Shown here one piece after another: positions 1 to 12,489 of a stretch of DNA of 64,000 nt. This DNA is from Naegleria gruberi (lineage: Eukaryota). Made by a program: the position numbers and the translations under genes. The stretch's first letter is position 1; each line of letters opens with the position of its first letter. Under the pieces are notes generated by a model. It was not told where the DNA came from. It worked only from the letters and a program-made list of their open reading frames with translations, and made no database searches. The stretch lies in assembly GCA_000004985.1 (NCBI GenBank), contig GG738895.1; one strand, 5' to 3'.

Positions 1-3000
1 AAAGCTCTTCGGAAAGAGTATTGTTTTCTTCCTTTACGTGTTTCAATTTCTCTTTGGTTTCTTCCAACTCTTTCAACAAGGAACCTTCCTTAAGATCAGA
101 GCTAGAAAGAAGACTGTTCTTCTCTTGAGTAAGGGTTTCAACTTGTTTGTTTAGTGAAATAATTTCCACTTCATTCTCCTTAATTTTCTCTGAAAGCTTG
201 GACTTCTCAGAGATATGTTTTTCTAGTTCTCTAGTCTTTTCTTCAATAAGGTTTGTCAGGTCTGTCAACTTCTTGTCTGCATCACTTGAGAGAGATTCGA
301 GTTCTGAAATTCTACCTGCTGAGGTTTGCAATTGTGAAGTAGACTCAGCGAGTTGATCTTCTAGCTGCTTCTTTGCTTCCTCCAATTGTTGCAGTTTGTC
401 AGCAAGTTGATTCTTTTCGGAAAGTAATTCACTAATTTGACTAGAAAGAGTATCAGAGCCTTGACCCAATCTTTCCAATTCATCCTTAGTTCTTTCTAAA
501 CTTTGGCTTGTTTCTTCCAACTTTTGTTTGTATTCTAATACTTGTTTATCCAATTGTTCATGAGCACTAATTTCTTTAGAAAGTTCTTGTTCCTTTTGTT
601 GAATAGTTGCAGAAAGTTCTTTTCTCTCCTTTGTCAATAAATCTTCAATGTCGTTCTTTTCTTTTTGAATCTTTTCAATTCTTTGCAGCAATCCTGAAAC
701 CTCTGATGATGTATTTTCTTTATCACTTGTAATAAGTTTTAATTGCTCTTCTAAATTGGAAATATTGGACAAGGCTCTTTCGAGATCAACCTTGAAAGTA
801 TCTCTTTCTTGGACAGTACCTTCGAGTTCTTGTTCCTTGTCCTGTAGCGATTTGGAAACTTGTGCAGATTTTTCTTGTTCACTCTTCAGAGATTCTTCAA
901 GGGTAGTAACTCTGGATTTGATTTCTACCAATTCCGTTGCTAGGTTTTTCTTTTCATCGTTAAGTTCAGAGACCTTTTGTTGTGATTCGGTGAGATTTTG
1001 TTTTAGTTCCTCGATAGTGGAATTGAGAGAAGTTATTGTTTTCTCGAGGTCATCTGATTTTTGCTTGAAATCCTCAATTTGAGATTCAAGCTCTTCATTT
1101 TGTTTTCTAACAGATTCGACTTCCTGACTGACTTTGGAAAGTTTCTCATCTAATGACCCATTTTGCACCTTCAATGATTCATATTCTTGCAACAAGTTAT
1201 TCAGCTTTTCCTTATGTTCTGACAATTCTTTGAAGAATGTTTCTTTCTCCTTTTCGGTTTGAGAAAGAACTTCCTTAGTTCTATTCATTTCATTTTGAAG
1301 GTTAATATACAGCGAATCCTTTGTTTCAGAATCATTAAGATTTTGATCTTGCAAATCTTTAAGTTGCTTCTTAATCGATTCAATCTCATTAAGAGATTTT
1401 TCTTTTTCATCACGAGTTTGTTCCAATGTCTTATTAATATTTACAAGTTCTTGTTGTGTATCTTGTAATTGCTTTTCTAAAGATAGCTTCTCGGTGGAAT
1501 GCTGTTCAATAGTTGTATTGTTCTGATTAACAAGATCTTCATATTTTTGGGAAAGGGTGTTATACTCCTTTTCTTGATTGTCTTTGTTTTCATTTAGACT
1601 GGAAATAGTAGCTTCTAACGATGAAATTTGTTGAGTTAAAGAAGAAACCTTATCTTGCAAATCAACTTTTGCTTTAGTTTCGGCTTCAATCTCGCTCTCT
1701 CTGGTCTTTAACTCCTTTCTAAGATTGGATTCCTTTTCAGAAACGTCAGAAAGGTTTGATTCAAGACTTGAAATCTTTTCAGACATTTGCTTAACCTCAT
1801 TGTTGAGTCTTTCCTTCTCTCTATTTGCCTCATCAAGTTGTTGCTCTTTTTGCTTAATATTGTTCATCAGTTCTTGTGATAAACTTTCTTGACTTGCCAA
1901 GGAAGTAGTAATAAGTTGATTCTTTTCATTCTCGAGTTGAGTAACTTTTTCATTCAGTAACTTGATTTCACTTTCAAGTTCAACCTTATCCTTTTTGACT
2001 TGATCTAATTCTGAATCAATTCTACTGTTAAACTCAACTAACTCCAAATTGGTTTGCTTGATTGCATTTAACTTTAGAAGAAGAAGATCTGTCATTTTAT
2101 GCAACTCTTCTTGAATTTGATCCGGATGAATCTTTTCAAACTCGTTACTCTTGCTATGGTTAATAAATTCGTCACTTAATTTGGTGGCTTCTTTAATCTT
2201 CTTCTTGAAGTCATTGTCTTCAGTCACTTGAGTCATAGCTTCTTCCAGTTTCTTCTTCAGCTTGTTGAATTCTTGAATACATGACAACAAAATTTCATGT
2301 TCCTTGTTGGTCTTTTGGAGATTATGATTAGTCTTCTCAAGTTGAGTAGTAATTTCTGATTTTTCCTTCAAAATCTTTTGAATAGATTCGTGATTCTCGT
2401 TATCTTCTTTTTCTTTCAACTTCTTCAAGCTTTCAAGTTCAGATCTGATAATCTCAATATCTTTTTCTTTTGAAGATGCTTCACTTTCATAATGCTTCTT
2501 CAAGAATTATAGTGTTTCCATATTTTTTAAAACTTACCTTAAGTCTTGTGAGCTCTGAATTTAACTCTTCATTTGTATGCTTGAGTTGTTTAACATTTTC
2601 TTCGAGATTATGAGATTTATCCTCTGATGCCTTCAACTTTAGAGAAACTGATGAAACCTCCTCTTGTATTTCCTCAATACGACCTTCATACTCACGACTA
2701 GATTTTTCCTTCTCTGCATTATTTTCCTGAATAATGTCATCCTTTCTGGAAGATTCCTGTTTCAAGTTTTCAATACTTTCCTCCAAGGATTTAATTTGTT
2801 TTTGAAGTGTTTCCTTTTGTTCTTGCAAGGTATCAGATTCTGCTTCCATCTTTTAACATTATTAGAAACATTGTTAAAATGTTGAAACCTACCTCTTCAA
2901 GCTTATCTTTTGTTTGCTTGATTTGTTGTTCATACTTTTGTTGGGCTTGTTTCGATTTGAGTTGAATCTCAAACAATTTGCTGTCTGCCTCTTGTTGGGC

Positions 3001-3403
3001 TTCTTGGGCACGATCATATTCTTCCCTAAGATTTTTAGCTTCCTCCTGAATAATTCTCAACTTTTCCTCGAGTTCATCTCTTTCCTTTGCAATTTGAGAT
3101 ACTATGGATGTCTTGTCATCCCCTTCAAGCTCTTTAATACGTTTCTGAAGGGATTCTATTTGTTCACGTAACTCTCCAACAATATTTTCCTCAGCAAGTG
3201 ATCCTCTGCTGAGTATGAAGGAACCTCCATTTCTAGGTGTTCCATAATCCTGTTAATAATAAACAAATATTATAATTTCCAAAATCTATATGTAAACATA
3301 CATTGTGAGTGGCTTCATCTTCCTCTTCTCCATTATCTCCTCCTGTATATGTACTAACTCCATCAAAATCATCATCACTATCAACCAATATATTGATCAT
3401 CAT
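1..3403 (-). CDS. Large coiled-coil protein (myosin-tail/SMC-like heptad-rich). Multi-exon; the 3' end runs off the window. Exons (minus): 3403..3302, 3249..2893, 2849..2538, 2507..<1
   Basis: Minus-strand frame is open from 2507 to position 1, E/K/L/Q-rich with heptad character. Three short GT..AG introns (gtatgtttac...aacag 52 nt; gtaggtttc...taaaag; gtaagtttt...cttgaag) give phase-consistent splicing. Start taken as ATGATGATC at 3403. Confidence 0.55.
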
Positions 3404-3420
3404 TTGTTCAATTTAAAAAC

Positions 3421-3968
3421 TTACAGTCCGGGAACATTTTTCAAGCATCTTGAATTGATGACAATTTTAAGTTTAGCTTTTCCGACAGGTTTTGGGATAA
3501 CCAAGCTGAGTTCCTTTGTTTGTGTAACTTCCTCACTTTCATTAACAAATTGACCAAGATCAAGTTCCTCCTTTACCAAAACAGTATCTTTTGATTGGTG
3601 TGTTTTGTTATTTGTAACTCTTTCCTCAAGAGTAAGTACTAAATCCTTCTTTTGAAAAACACCCTTCTTTTTGACAAGTGTACCATTAAACTTGAAAGTA
3701 GTATTCCAAGTCACTCTTTCTCTGTCAATTTTGGTGTATGGTGTTTCACCTTTACGTTTCTTACCTCTCTTCCAATGAACCTATAAACAAATATAAGAAA
3801 TTCCATTTGATTATTTAAAAAACATACTGCATAAAACACATCTTCATCAGGTGTTGGTTGACGAGATAAACTTGAATTTTTAAAATCAAAGAGGTGATCA
3901 ACAGACAAATTAAATTGGAATTTAACATTTTCCTTTCCACCTCCAAGGAAAGATTTCTTTTTCAACAT
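3421..3968 (-). CDS. NT-C2 (N-terminal C2, EEIG1/EHBP1-type) domain protein, 2 exons (3968..3828, 3779..3421)
   Basis: MLKKKSFLGGGKENVKFQFNLSVDHLF...DEDVFYA | VHWKRGKKRKGETPYTKIDRERVTWNTTFKFNGTL... matches the NT-C2 pattern (KFxF, W.RG, conserved W). 48-nt intron gtatgtttttt..tttatag is phase 0. The TAA stop overlaps a perfect GTAAGT donor. Confidence 0.5.
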
Positions 3969-4400
3969 GTTGTTGTTATTGGTGGTGATTGTACTAGTAG
4001 TGTATATAAATTAATAATAAATAAATTAAAACGCCTAAATTCTCTCCAAAAATTTCCAATAGTAATTAATTCTAACTATCAACACTCCAAATGTAAAACA
4101 GAAGCGTTCTCCAGTTTCCTAAATACTCTTGATGATGATACTTAATCAAAAAGCCTACTGATGCTTCCCGATGAGGATGATGAAAATTTTTTTTAAAAAG
4201 GCTTGAAGGATTAATTTGCTTGTTGATAGCTGTTGTGATCCAAAGTTTATTTTCTGCCACTCCGACACCTGCTATTTGGAACTCAAATAGATTTTAAAAA
4301 TAAATTTAAATTTTTTTAAAATATCAAATTGGATATTTGTTTTTGGTAAAATTGCCCCTTGTCAAAGGCAAGTGACATTTTAATAGAAAATTGAAATTCT

Positions 4401-6233
4401 TTAATGTTTGTCAACAACCATAGTCTTGGCATTACACCATTCAAGAATACCTTCAGAACCACATTCTCTACCATAACCACTTTCCTTAACACCACCGAAT
4501 GGCATTTCTGGGCTTGATCTAACAACACCATTAACAAAGGCCATACCACATTCAAGTTTTTCAGCAATCTTGGAAGCTTTCTTGACATCCTTACTATAAA
4601 CACTACCACCAAGACCATAGATGCTTTCATTAGCCAATTGAACAGCATGATCAGCATTTTCAGCAGCAACAACAACGAAAACTGGTCCAAAGAGTTCATT
4701 ATGGAATGCAAAATTATCAGTTGTAACATTTGACAAAACAGTTGGTTGATAGAAGAAACCATTGCTCAATTCACCTGACAAACTAGCCTTAGAACCACCA
4801 GCCAAAACCTTAGCACCTTGACTAACACAGAGTTTAACTTGATCATCCAATTTGTCCATCAAATCTTTTCTGGCCATTGGACCAACATCATTACCTCTAA
4901 CAAGTGGATCACCCAATTTTAAGCTCTTAACCTTTTCAGCGAGCATTTTTTCAAATTGTGGAAGAACTTCCTTTTCAACAATTAATCTCTTAGCAGCAAT
5001 ACAAGTTTGTCCACAATTGTTAATTCTTGAAACAACAGCATTCTTGACAGCAAGTTCCAAATCGGCATCCTTAAGAACAATGAAAGCATCAGCACCTCCC
5101 AATTCCAAAACGTGCTTCTTAAGATTGGAAGCAGCTTGGCTGGCAATAATTTTACCAACTTGAGTACTACCAGTGAATGCAACACCACGAATCTTATTGT
5201 GACTAATAGTAGTACTAACTTGTTGATTTTCAAGGAAGACATTTTGATAAATCTTGTTCAATTCAGATGGAGCACCACTTTAAGAATGATGTTAACATTT
5301 TTTGTAAAATTATAATGAACTACATACGCTTTAGCAAGAGCTTCTTCAAATAAATCTTGAATTGATTTAGCACAAGTGGGAACTTGGTGATTGTGTCTAA
5401 TCATAACAGTGTTACCAGCCATCATTGCAGGAACACAGAATCTAATAACTTGCCAGTATGGGAAATTGCTAATTAAATTGAAAATAAACACATTCACATT
5501 ACAGAGTACAACTACTTACAATGGGGCACATTGAAGAACTGGTCCAAGTGGTTGGTAGACAACTCTACTGAACATCTTTTCATTATCAAAAACAACCTTA
5601 TCACGCAAAACACTTTCAGAAGTCTTGACATAATATCTGATGAGAGATGCACACTTTTCAGCTTCAGCAACACCTTGAGCAACTGGTTTACCCATATCCA
5701 AAGCCATCATTTTAGCTAATTCTTCCTTGTGAGCTTCGAATGCATCAGCAAGTGGATTCATGATTTGAGAACGCCATTGAATTAATTCAGCAATTTCCTT
5801 TGGATTTTCTATTTTGTTAATTCCACAATAATTTCGTTATTATTAATTATTATTATTTGTTGTTTGTCGTTGATGATAATTTAAATTATTCACATCACAA
5901 ATTCCACATCAATTTAAAATCCAAAATTCCATCATCGTCATCACAAAATAATTCCGAAACCTCTAGTATATAAAAACGTCCTCCATCTAAAACAACCTAC
6001 CTGAGTATAATTGTGGATTCCAAGCTTGGAATGACTTCCAACTTTCTTGAATAGCTTGTTCCAATTGTTGATCAGAAAGACATTCAAATTGTTTGGTCAA
6101 CTTTCCGTTAGTTGGATTGATAGAATTATAGTGAGTGTTCAACTTGGAGCTAGTGGAAAAACACTTGTCATTGCTTGAAGCAACTTTTCTCAATTGATTT
6201 AATGCTGAAGAAGCCTTCTTTGATTGATTCATT
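4401..6233 (-). CDS. NAD(P)-dependent aldehyde dehydrogenase, succinate-semialdehyde dehydrogenase-like. 4 exons (6233..6001, 5808..5520, 5468..5329, 5278..4401)
   Basis: ALDH motifs: ELGGADAFIV (catalytic Glu), NCGQTCIAAKR (catalytic Cys), FTGSTQVGK, NFPYWQ, GNTVMIRH. N-terminus MNQSKKASSALNQLRKVASS is presequence-like. Splice phases were checked by hand. Confidence 0.85.
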
Positions 6234-6409
6234 TTTTTAATTGCAATTTTTGTGGGGAGTTTTTGCAATTCAATTTCAATTATTGCTCAATAGTTAATTG
6301 AGAAATGAGGTTGAAGATCATGTTCAAATTGAATTGTTGTAAAAAGTAACAATTTCAACACTGTAAATTACAACCCAAATACAGCCCCAATTTTCCAACA
6401 ATTTAAAAA

Positions 6410-7902
6410 ATGTCTCGACAATTACTTAGCAGTGGTGGTTTGTTGATTGGAGTTGTGTTGTTTGTGGCTACAATGTTACAATCATTTACTACTGATCAAT
6501 ATCATCATTCAATGGTTGAAGCCACTAAAATATCAACCAATGCATTTCCGAATAATTACAAGGAGAAAGTTGATCAAATTTGCCAACACATCATCAAAGG
6601 AGAAGAAAAGGGAAAGCTCTATGATTTATTGGCCTTCTTAACAGATACTTATGGCAGTAGATTGGTTGGAACTGAAGGTTTTGATTTGACTTGCAAACAT
6701 TTTGCCAAACTAATGCAAGCCAATGGTTTTGATAATGTTCATACTGAACCTGTTTATAATATTACACATTGGAGAAGAGGAGAACCTGAATCATTAATCA
6801 TGCATGAACCTAGATACATTCCACGTATGGAAGTATTGGCATTAGGTACAAGTCCTCCTGGTTCAGTAAAATCAGAAGTTATTGTGCTGAAGAGTTATGA
6901 AGAATTGGATCAATATGATGTTAGAGGAAAGATTGTACTTTTCAATCTTCCTTGGCAAGGTACTTATGGTAAATCAGTAATTTTTAGAACTAGAGGACCT
7001 GCAGAAGCTGCTAAAAGAGGAGCTGCTGCATGTTTAGTGAGAAGTGTGACCCCATTCTCAATTTATTCAGCTCACACTGGTGGAACTAATTTCCAAGACG
7101 ATGAAAAGAGGATTCCAGCTGCCACTATTACTGTAGAAGATGCTGACATGATTGAAAGAATGATTAAGAGAGGTCAACGAGTTGTCCTGTCATTGAAACT
7201 CAATTGTGAAAATCTTCCACCTCTAACCTCTTACAATACACTTGGTGAAATTACTGGAAGTACCTATCCAAATGAAGTTATTGTTGTGGGAGGACATATG
7301 GACTCTTGGGATTTGAATTCTTGTCCTATGGATGACATTGGAGGAATTTTGACATTCTATGAAGGTATGAAAACACTTATCAAACTTGGATTGAGACCAA
7401 AGAGAACTATTCGATTGGTTGCCTTCACTGCTGTAAGTAATCTGAAATTTAATTAAGATTAAATAATTTAAAATAGGAAGAATTTGGTGGTGGTCGTTTT
7501 GGTGGTATGAGTTATGTCAAAGAGCATGAAAAGGAACTCAAAGATCATATTCTTGCAATTGAATCAGATGCAGGACCATTTAAACCTCTTGGATTCGAAT
7601 TTACTGGAGGAGAGGAAGGTAGAAAACTTGTTGAACTAATTGCCAGTACATTATTCACAAATATCAACACAACACAAGTTACAGATAATGGTGGTGGAGC
7701 TGATGTTGATCCTCTTTATCAAGTAGCTGGTATTCCAGTAATGTCACCTAAAGTAGAAGGAAGTAAATACTTTTGGTTCCATCACTCTAAGGCTGACACA
7801 ATGACAGTTCTTAACACTGATGATTTAGATTTGGCAGCTGCTCAAATGGGTGCTTTCTTATATGTAGTTGCTGATATGGATGTAAGATTCCCAAGAAATT
7901 AA
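6410..7902 (+). CDS. M28-family zinc peptidase (carboxypeptidase Q / PGCP-like aminopeptidase). 2 exons (6410..7432, 7477..7902)
   Basis: N-terminal signal anchor. M28 metal-ligand motifs GGHMDSWD and EEFGG, plus ...FWFHHSKADT. 44-nt intron gtaagtaatc..aaaatag joins the frames. Confidence 0.85.
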
Positions 7903-8020
7903 AAGTCTTCTTTTCGGCTCTCAAAATTTCAATACTTGTAAATTAAACTTTTTAGTGCTTCAATGTTTGTTGTATTGTTCTTTTATGGAATATGGAAAAT
8001 ATTTTTAGAATTAAAAAAAA

Positions 8021-8725
8021 ATGTCAGGAGACGATCATCACCAACACCATCATCATCACAGTGGAGGATGTTGTTCCGAAGCCCATAGTGGAGATTTTCA
8101 TGAACACGATCATCATTGCGAACATGATCACGGAGCACATGATAAGAATGAATTAGAAGGATTTCAACAAACACTCTATCCATATATTGATAAAATTCAT
8201 GTCCGTTGTTTGAATGAACATAAACTAAATGCTTGCCAATCAATTATTAGACCATACGATCAAAGAAAATCAAAAGATGGATATTTGGAAAGTGCTGTTG
8301 ATGAGGAATTATTACTTGTTGTTCCTTTTACAGTTTCAACAAATTTAAAATCTTTTCAAATTATTGGAGGAGACAATGAGTCATGTCCAAGCAAAGTCAA
8401 AATATTCAAGAATAATGAATTATTAGATATTGAAACTGCTACACAAAAGAAGGCTGATCAAGAGCTTGATTTAACTTTTGATATTGAAGGAACTTATGAC
8501 TTTTTGTTAAAGCAAAGCAAGTTCAATAACTGCCAATCTATTACTCTCTTCTTCCCTTCAAATTTTGGAGCTGAAAATACAAGGATTTCATATATTGGAT
8601 TTAAGGGAGATTACTCTGATTTTAAGAGAAGAGCTGTAGAAGCAATTTATGAATCTGCTCCTCAAATGAAGGATCATAAAGTAGATTGTGAATGGACCAA
8701 TTCCAAGACAATTGGTGGACAATAA
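8021..8725 (+). CDS. PITH domain-containing protein (PITHD1 / TXNL1 C-terminal domain family) with a His/Cys-rich N-terminus
   Basis: VRCLNEHKLNACQSII, DEELLLVVPFT, FFPSNFGAENTRISYIGFKGDY and a C-terminal HKVDCEW align along the length of the PITH/DUF1000 fold (human PITHD1-like). N-terminus is MSGDDHHQHHHHHSGGCCSEAHSGDFHEHDHHCEHDHGAHD. Confidence 0.8.
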   Translation: MSGDDHHQHHHHHSGGCCSEAHSGDFHEHDHHCEHDHGAHDKNELEGFQQTLYPYIDKIHVRCLNEHKLNACQSIIRPYDQRKSKDGYLESAVDEELLLVVPFTVSTNLKSFQIIGGDNESCPSKVKIFKNNELLDIETATQKKADQELDLTFDIEGTYDFLLKQSKFNNCQSITLFFPSNFGAENTRISYIGFKGDYSDFKRRAVEAIYESAPQMKDHKVDCEWTNSKTIGGQ

Positions 8726-8838
8726 TTTTTTAACATCTAAATCTATTAATTTATTAGCTACTACTCATTTCACAATGTTAAAAAATATTCTACCACACTC
8801 ACTATATAAAATTTGTAAATAAAGAAATAAGTATGGAA

Positions 8839-11196
8839 TTATTCTCTCAATAAGGCTTCGAATTGTGGAGCAATCTTGTTAATTCTTTGTTCGAATAATT
8901 CGTTTGCCTTATCAAGTCTTTGACTTAGCGCTTTGAATTCATTTCCAGTAGTTGTAAGTTTCTTAAGAACTGCATAACTTTGTTGCCAGAATGGGATTGC
9001 AACTTCTCTGAATTCTTTATATGGATTTTGACAACAGAGGAACATGGATTTAAAGTTCTTTGGACTGAGTTTGTCTTCTGGGGTTGACAAAAGGTAATAA
9101 GCCAAAATACCCATAATATTGTTATGGTCAACAGAAAAACCAGTGATATCTCTCATAGTAGACATGACACCTGATAAACTTTCAGATGAAATACTACGAG
9201 ACATGTATACTGCTGTCAATAATGATTCATACAAGTGAGCAATATTTGTTTGCAATAATTTAACAATGGAATAGTAAATAGCGAGATCTAACTTGATTAA
9301 TCCTGTCCAACCACTCTTAGACAATGATGTACGTCTAAATGTTAATGGAACAAGACTCAAAATTCTAGTGATCAACAATATTTCATCTTCATTTTCAATC
9401 TTTTCCTCAACTGCGTATGGTTTTTCGTAAGTCCAAGAAGCAGTAAGAATGTTCATCTTGGCTAATTCAACGAGCACAAGTGTTTGTTCTATATGAGTCT
9501 TGGCATTAGATAAAACCTTTCCTTTAGAGGACAAGATGTCTAATGATCCTTGTTGTGGTTTCTTAATATATCCCAAAGTTTCCAAAACTTTCAAGTGAAT
9601 AAATGTTTTAACTTCATTTGGTGTGGTAAAGTTTTGCATTTGATTCTTCTTGAGAAGTGTTGGTTTCAAATTCAATACCAAGCCCAATGACATAGAGTTA
9701 TTGGTATATGTAATTTTCTGTTGTTGAAGATATTTGGTGATGTTTGCTTCATTAATTTGGAATTGAAGGCCATCCATAAATACATTTACAGGTTTTCTTT
9801 CTATATAAATTGTGTCGTTAGAATTTTCATCTGAAGAGTTATATCTAACAAGCATAACATTTTTGTGTTTAAAGTAGTCATTCATTTCACTAGTCAAATA
9901 GTTCAATGATGATGTATAAATAGGTTTCCAAGTGTTGATAAATTCCTTATATTCCAAAGAATCAAAAAGAGGATTTGGTTCATAAAATACTCCATTCACT
10001 AAATTTCCGACCAATTGTGGTGATAAAATACCATGACAAATTAAAAAGTAAATTTCTTCAGGTAATCTTTCTCCAACAATTTCTTCAAAGTCTCTAGGAA
10101 GAGCATCTCTATTCATTACAACAACTGTATTTCCAATAAAATCCAAAACTGGATGATGCATAATCAAATACTTATTTAACAAGAAAGGCACTGTAAGATC
10201 CTCACGAGAATTCATTGTAAGAATACTTTTAGCTGAACCAATTCCTTTGATATTATCAATTTCTGTTTTGAAACGATCCTCTTTCTTTACAGTATTTTGG
10301 AATGGTGAAGGAGAAGAAAATCCTTTGAAAAAATAGCTTCCTGAAAGAAGAGCTGCATCCAAAAATTGATTGCTACTAATTCTTTCTTGTGTAAGAATTG
10401 TCTTCTTTTCCACATATTGGAATGTCTTTTCATCAAAATTAAGTGAGAAAATAACTTTAGGAATATCAAACATTAATAATTCTTCATCTCCCATAACACC
10501 ATTAACCAATTTAGCATCAGACATGTATGACAGTTGTCCCCAAGCTAAATATGGTGCTCTCAAAAATTCGATATCATTTTCATTAAACAATTCAAATAAT
10601 GCATTAAGAGTGTCAATTGATGCCAAAAATTGATTTCCTTGTGCTGTTTACAAAGTGTGTAATTTTAAATATTAATTAATATTAATACAAACCTCTAGAG
10701 AATAACATAAGGGCTTCTCTCTTTTGATCCTTTTCATAAGAACCCCAAGCAGATTTCAAAGAAACTGTTCTAGCTTGATATATACTTGTTGAGCGTTCCT
10801 TCTTTACGCAATTAATACCATTAAATACAAAAACTGGTGTAATTCCAGCATCCCTAAATATATTTGAAAACTATTTCTTCATCAAATACTTACTTGAATT
10901 GTTTTAAATTAGTTTGAACCAATAAAGCTAATGAAATAGGAGTACCTCCTGTAGCCATTTGGAAAGGTTCATGTTTTTCATCATATAAAACTTTCAACCA
11001 ATGAAATCCATCAATTCCTATTTTACATCCACGAAGAGCATCAAGAGATTCCTTTTTAATAAAGTTTTTTTCAGATAAATAACCTATACAATCATGATGA
11101 TAATAATAATATTAAAAATTCCGTAATGAAATTAATCCACAATTAATTCACTTGATGATTAATAAAAAACATACTAGACAATCCTTGAATCGTCAT
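8839..11196 (-). CDS. XPG-N-like domain protein (MKT1/asteroid-type nuclease-like fold). 4 exons (11196..11175, 11083..10894, 10853..10693, 10643..8839)
   Basis: Spliced N-terminus MTIQGLSSYLSEKNFIKKESLDALRGCKIGIDGFHWL... follows the XPG/FEN1 N-domain pattern (M.I.GL...L....l..l.gk.iaIDa..w). Three short GT..AG introns are phase-consistent. The rest is a long alpha-helical body (595-aa last exon). Confidence 0.5.
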
Positions 11197-11637
11197 TTTG
11201 ATCAAATAAATGTAATACTATTAACAAAATTTATTACAACAACAATGTTCTTGTTATTGTATTTTTTTTAATTTAAATTTAGGAAATTTTTGCTTGCCAG
11301 TTCTTCTTGCAATTTTGGCGCCAAATTATATTACTTTTCTATGTGATAGTGATGAACATAATCTTTTCATGATTTATAACTTTTAACTTTCTTGTTGTGA
11401 AAGGAAAGGGGGTTTGTGTGATTCTTATTAAATAAAATTAAAAAATAAAAAAAATTAAATTCGGAACGGACATTGATGATTTAAGACTTACGCTATGATT
11501 AGATTAATAATTCATTTCAGTGCTAGTAAATAGATAGGACATTGAAAAACTCAAGTCCTCGGTTGTCCTTCATCCTATAGCCATTTGATCGGTAAACGAA
11601 ATTACATTCAAAAGATAACCTTTGAAAAAAAACAACA

Positions 11638-12489
11638 ATGTCATCGAAGCCTTCATCATCATCGTCATCACCATCAACAACAAGTGAAGGAGGTATCCGA
11701 CTCTTCTCTCAAAATGAGAGTAAAGCTTGGGCTGAAAAGTTCTTTTTAATTTACGGACCAATTTGGATGTCATACTTTTTCTATTTAATTTACTTTGAAA
11801 TTTATGATAATGCATCAAGAATGGAATGGACAATGTATGGTGTAATTATGGCTACTCCATGTTTCTTATATCCATTATTATTCCCTGGTAAGGCTGATCG
11901 TAATCTTCCGATTACTGAAAGATATTGGTTCAAGGCTAATATTTGGGTTTTCATCTTTAATTTTGTTGGAAATTACTTTTGGACTCATTACTTTTATAAT
12001 CTTTTAGGTGCAACATATACTATGGATACTCATCGTATTAATGATGTTCCATATTTGATGTTTTTATGTACTCAAGCTTATTTCACTTTCTATTTCTCAT
12101 TGAGTAATGTTCTTTTGAGAATTATTTATACTGCATGGAGAAATCCATCAACTTCTAGAAGCATTTTCATTTGTCTTTTCATTTTGGCTTTCTCTTACTT
12201 TACTGCTTTTATGGAAACTTATACCATTCAATATTTCAAGTATTACACTTTCAAGAATAGAGATATGATGTACAAAGTTGGTTCAATTGTCTATGGTATT
12301 TACTTTATTGTTGGTTTCCCAATGTATTATAGAATGGATGAAGAGGAAACAAAGAAAAAGTTCTCAACTTTCAAATGTTGTGTTGAAAGTTTGGGCGCAT
12401 GCATGTTAGTTACAATTTTGCTTGATTTTTGGAGATTGTTTGTTGGTGGTATTGTTGAAAATGTTCCTCAATGCGTTCCATGGATGTAA
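11638..12489 (+). CDS. cpi1: Cycloeucalenol cycloisomerase (CPI1-like sterol biosynthesis membrane enzyme)
   Basis: GKADRNLPITERYWFKANIWVFIFNFVGNYFWTHYFYNLLGA...FPMYYRMDE...MLVTILLDFWRLF is collinear with plant CPI1. Multi-pass membrane protein. Fits cycloartenol-route sterol synthesis in amoebozoa. Confidence 0.85.
   Translation: MSSKPSSSSSSPSTTSEGGIRLFSQNESKAWAEKFFLIYGPIWMSYFFYLIYFEIYDNASRMEWTMYGVIMATPCFLYPLLFPGKADRNLPITERYWFKANIWVFIFNFVGNYFWTHYFYNLLGATYTMDTHRINDVPYLMFLCTQAYFTFYFSLSNVLLRIIYTAWRNPSTSRSIFICLFILAFSYFTAFMETYTIQYFKYYTFKNRDMMYKVGSIVYGIYFIVGFPMYYRMDEEETKKKFSTFKCCVESLGACMLVTILLDFWRLFVGGIVENVPQCVPWM

Noticed and set aside
3403-3421. Direct in-frame fusion of the NT-C2 exon to the acidic first exon of the coiled-coil gene
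   Set aside because: Every AG acceptor downstream of the GTAAGT at 3421 gives an immediate stop or the wrong phase for the 3403..3302 exon. Only the more distant acceptor at 3250 is compatible, so the simple fusion was not annotated. The alternative is reported as a finding.
4316-4762. ORF-track entries overlapping real genes in other frames or on the opposite strand (e.g. 4316..4762-, 4852..5163+, 16645..16980-, 48461..48646+, 49296..49529-, 50691..51038-, 53231..53476-)
   Set aside because: They lie antisense to, or out of frame within, well-supported genes (ALDH, PolE, the N-rich 47743 ORF, the SAP gene). They have low-complexity composition (poly-L/I/F from AT-rich antisense) and no independent motif support.
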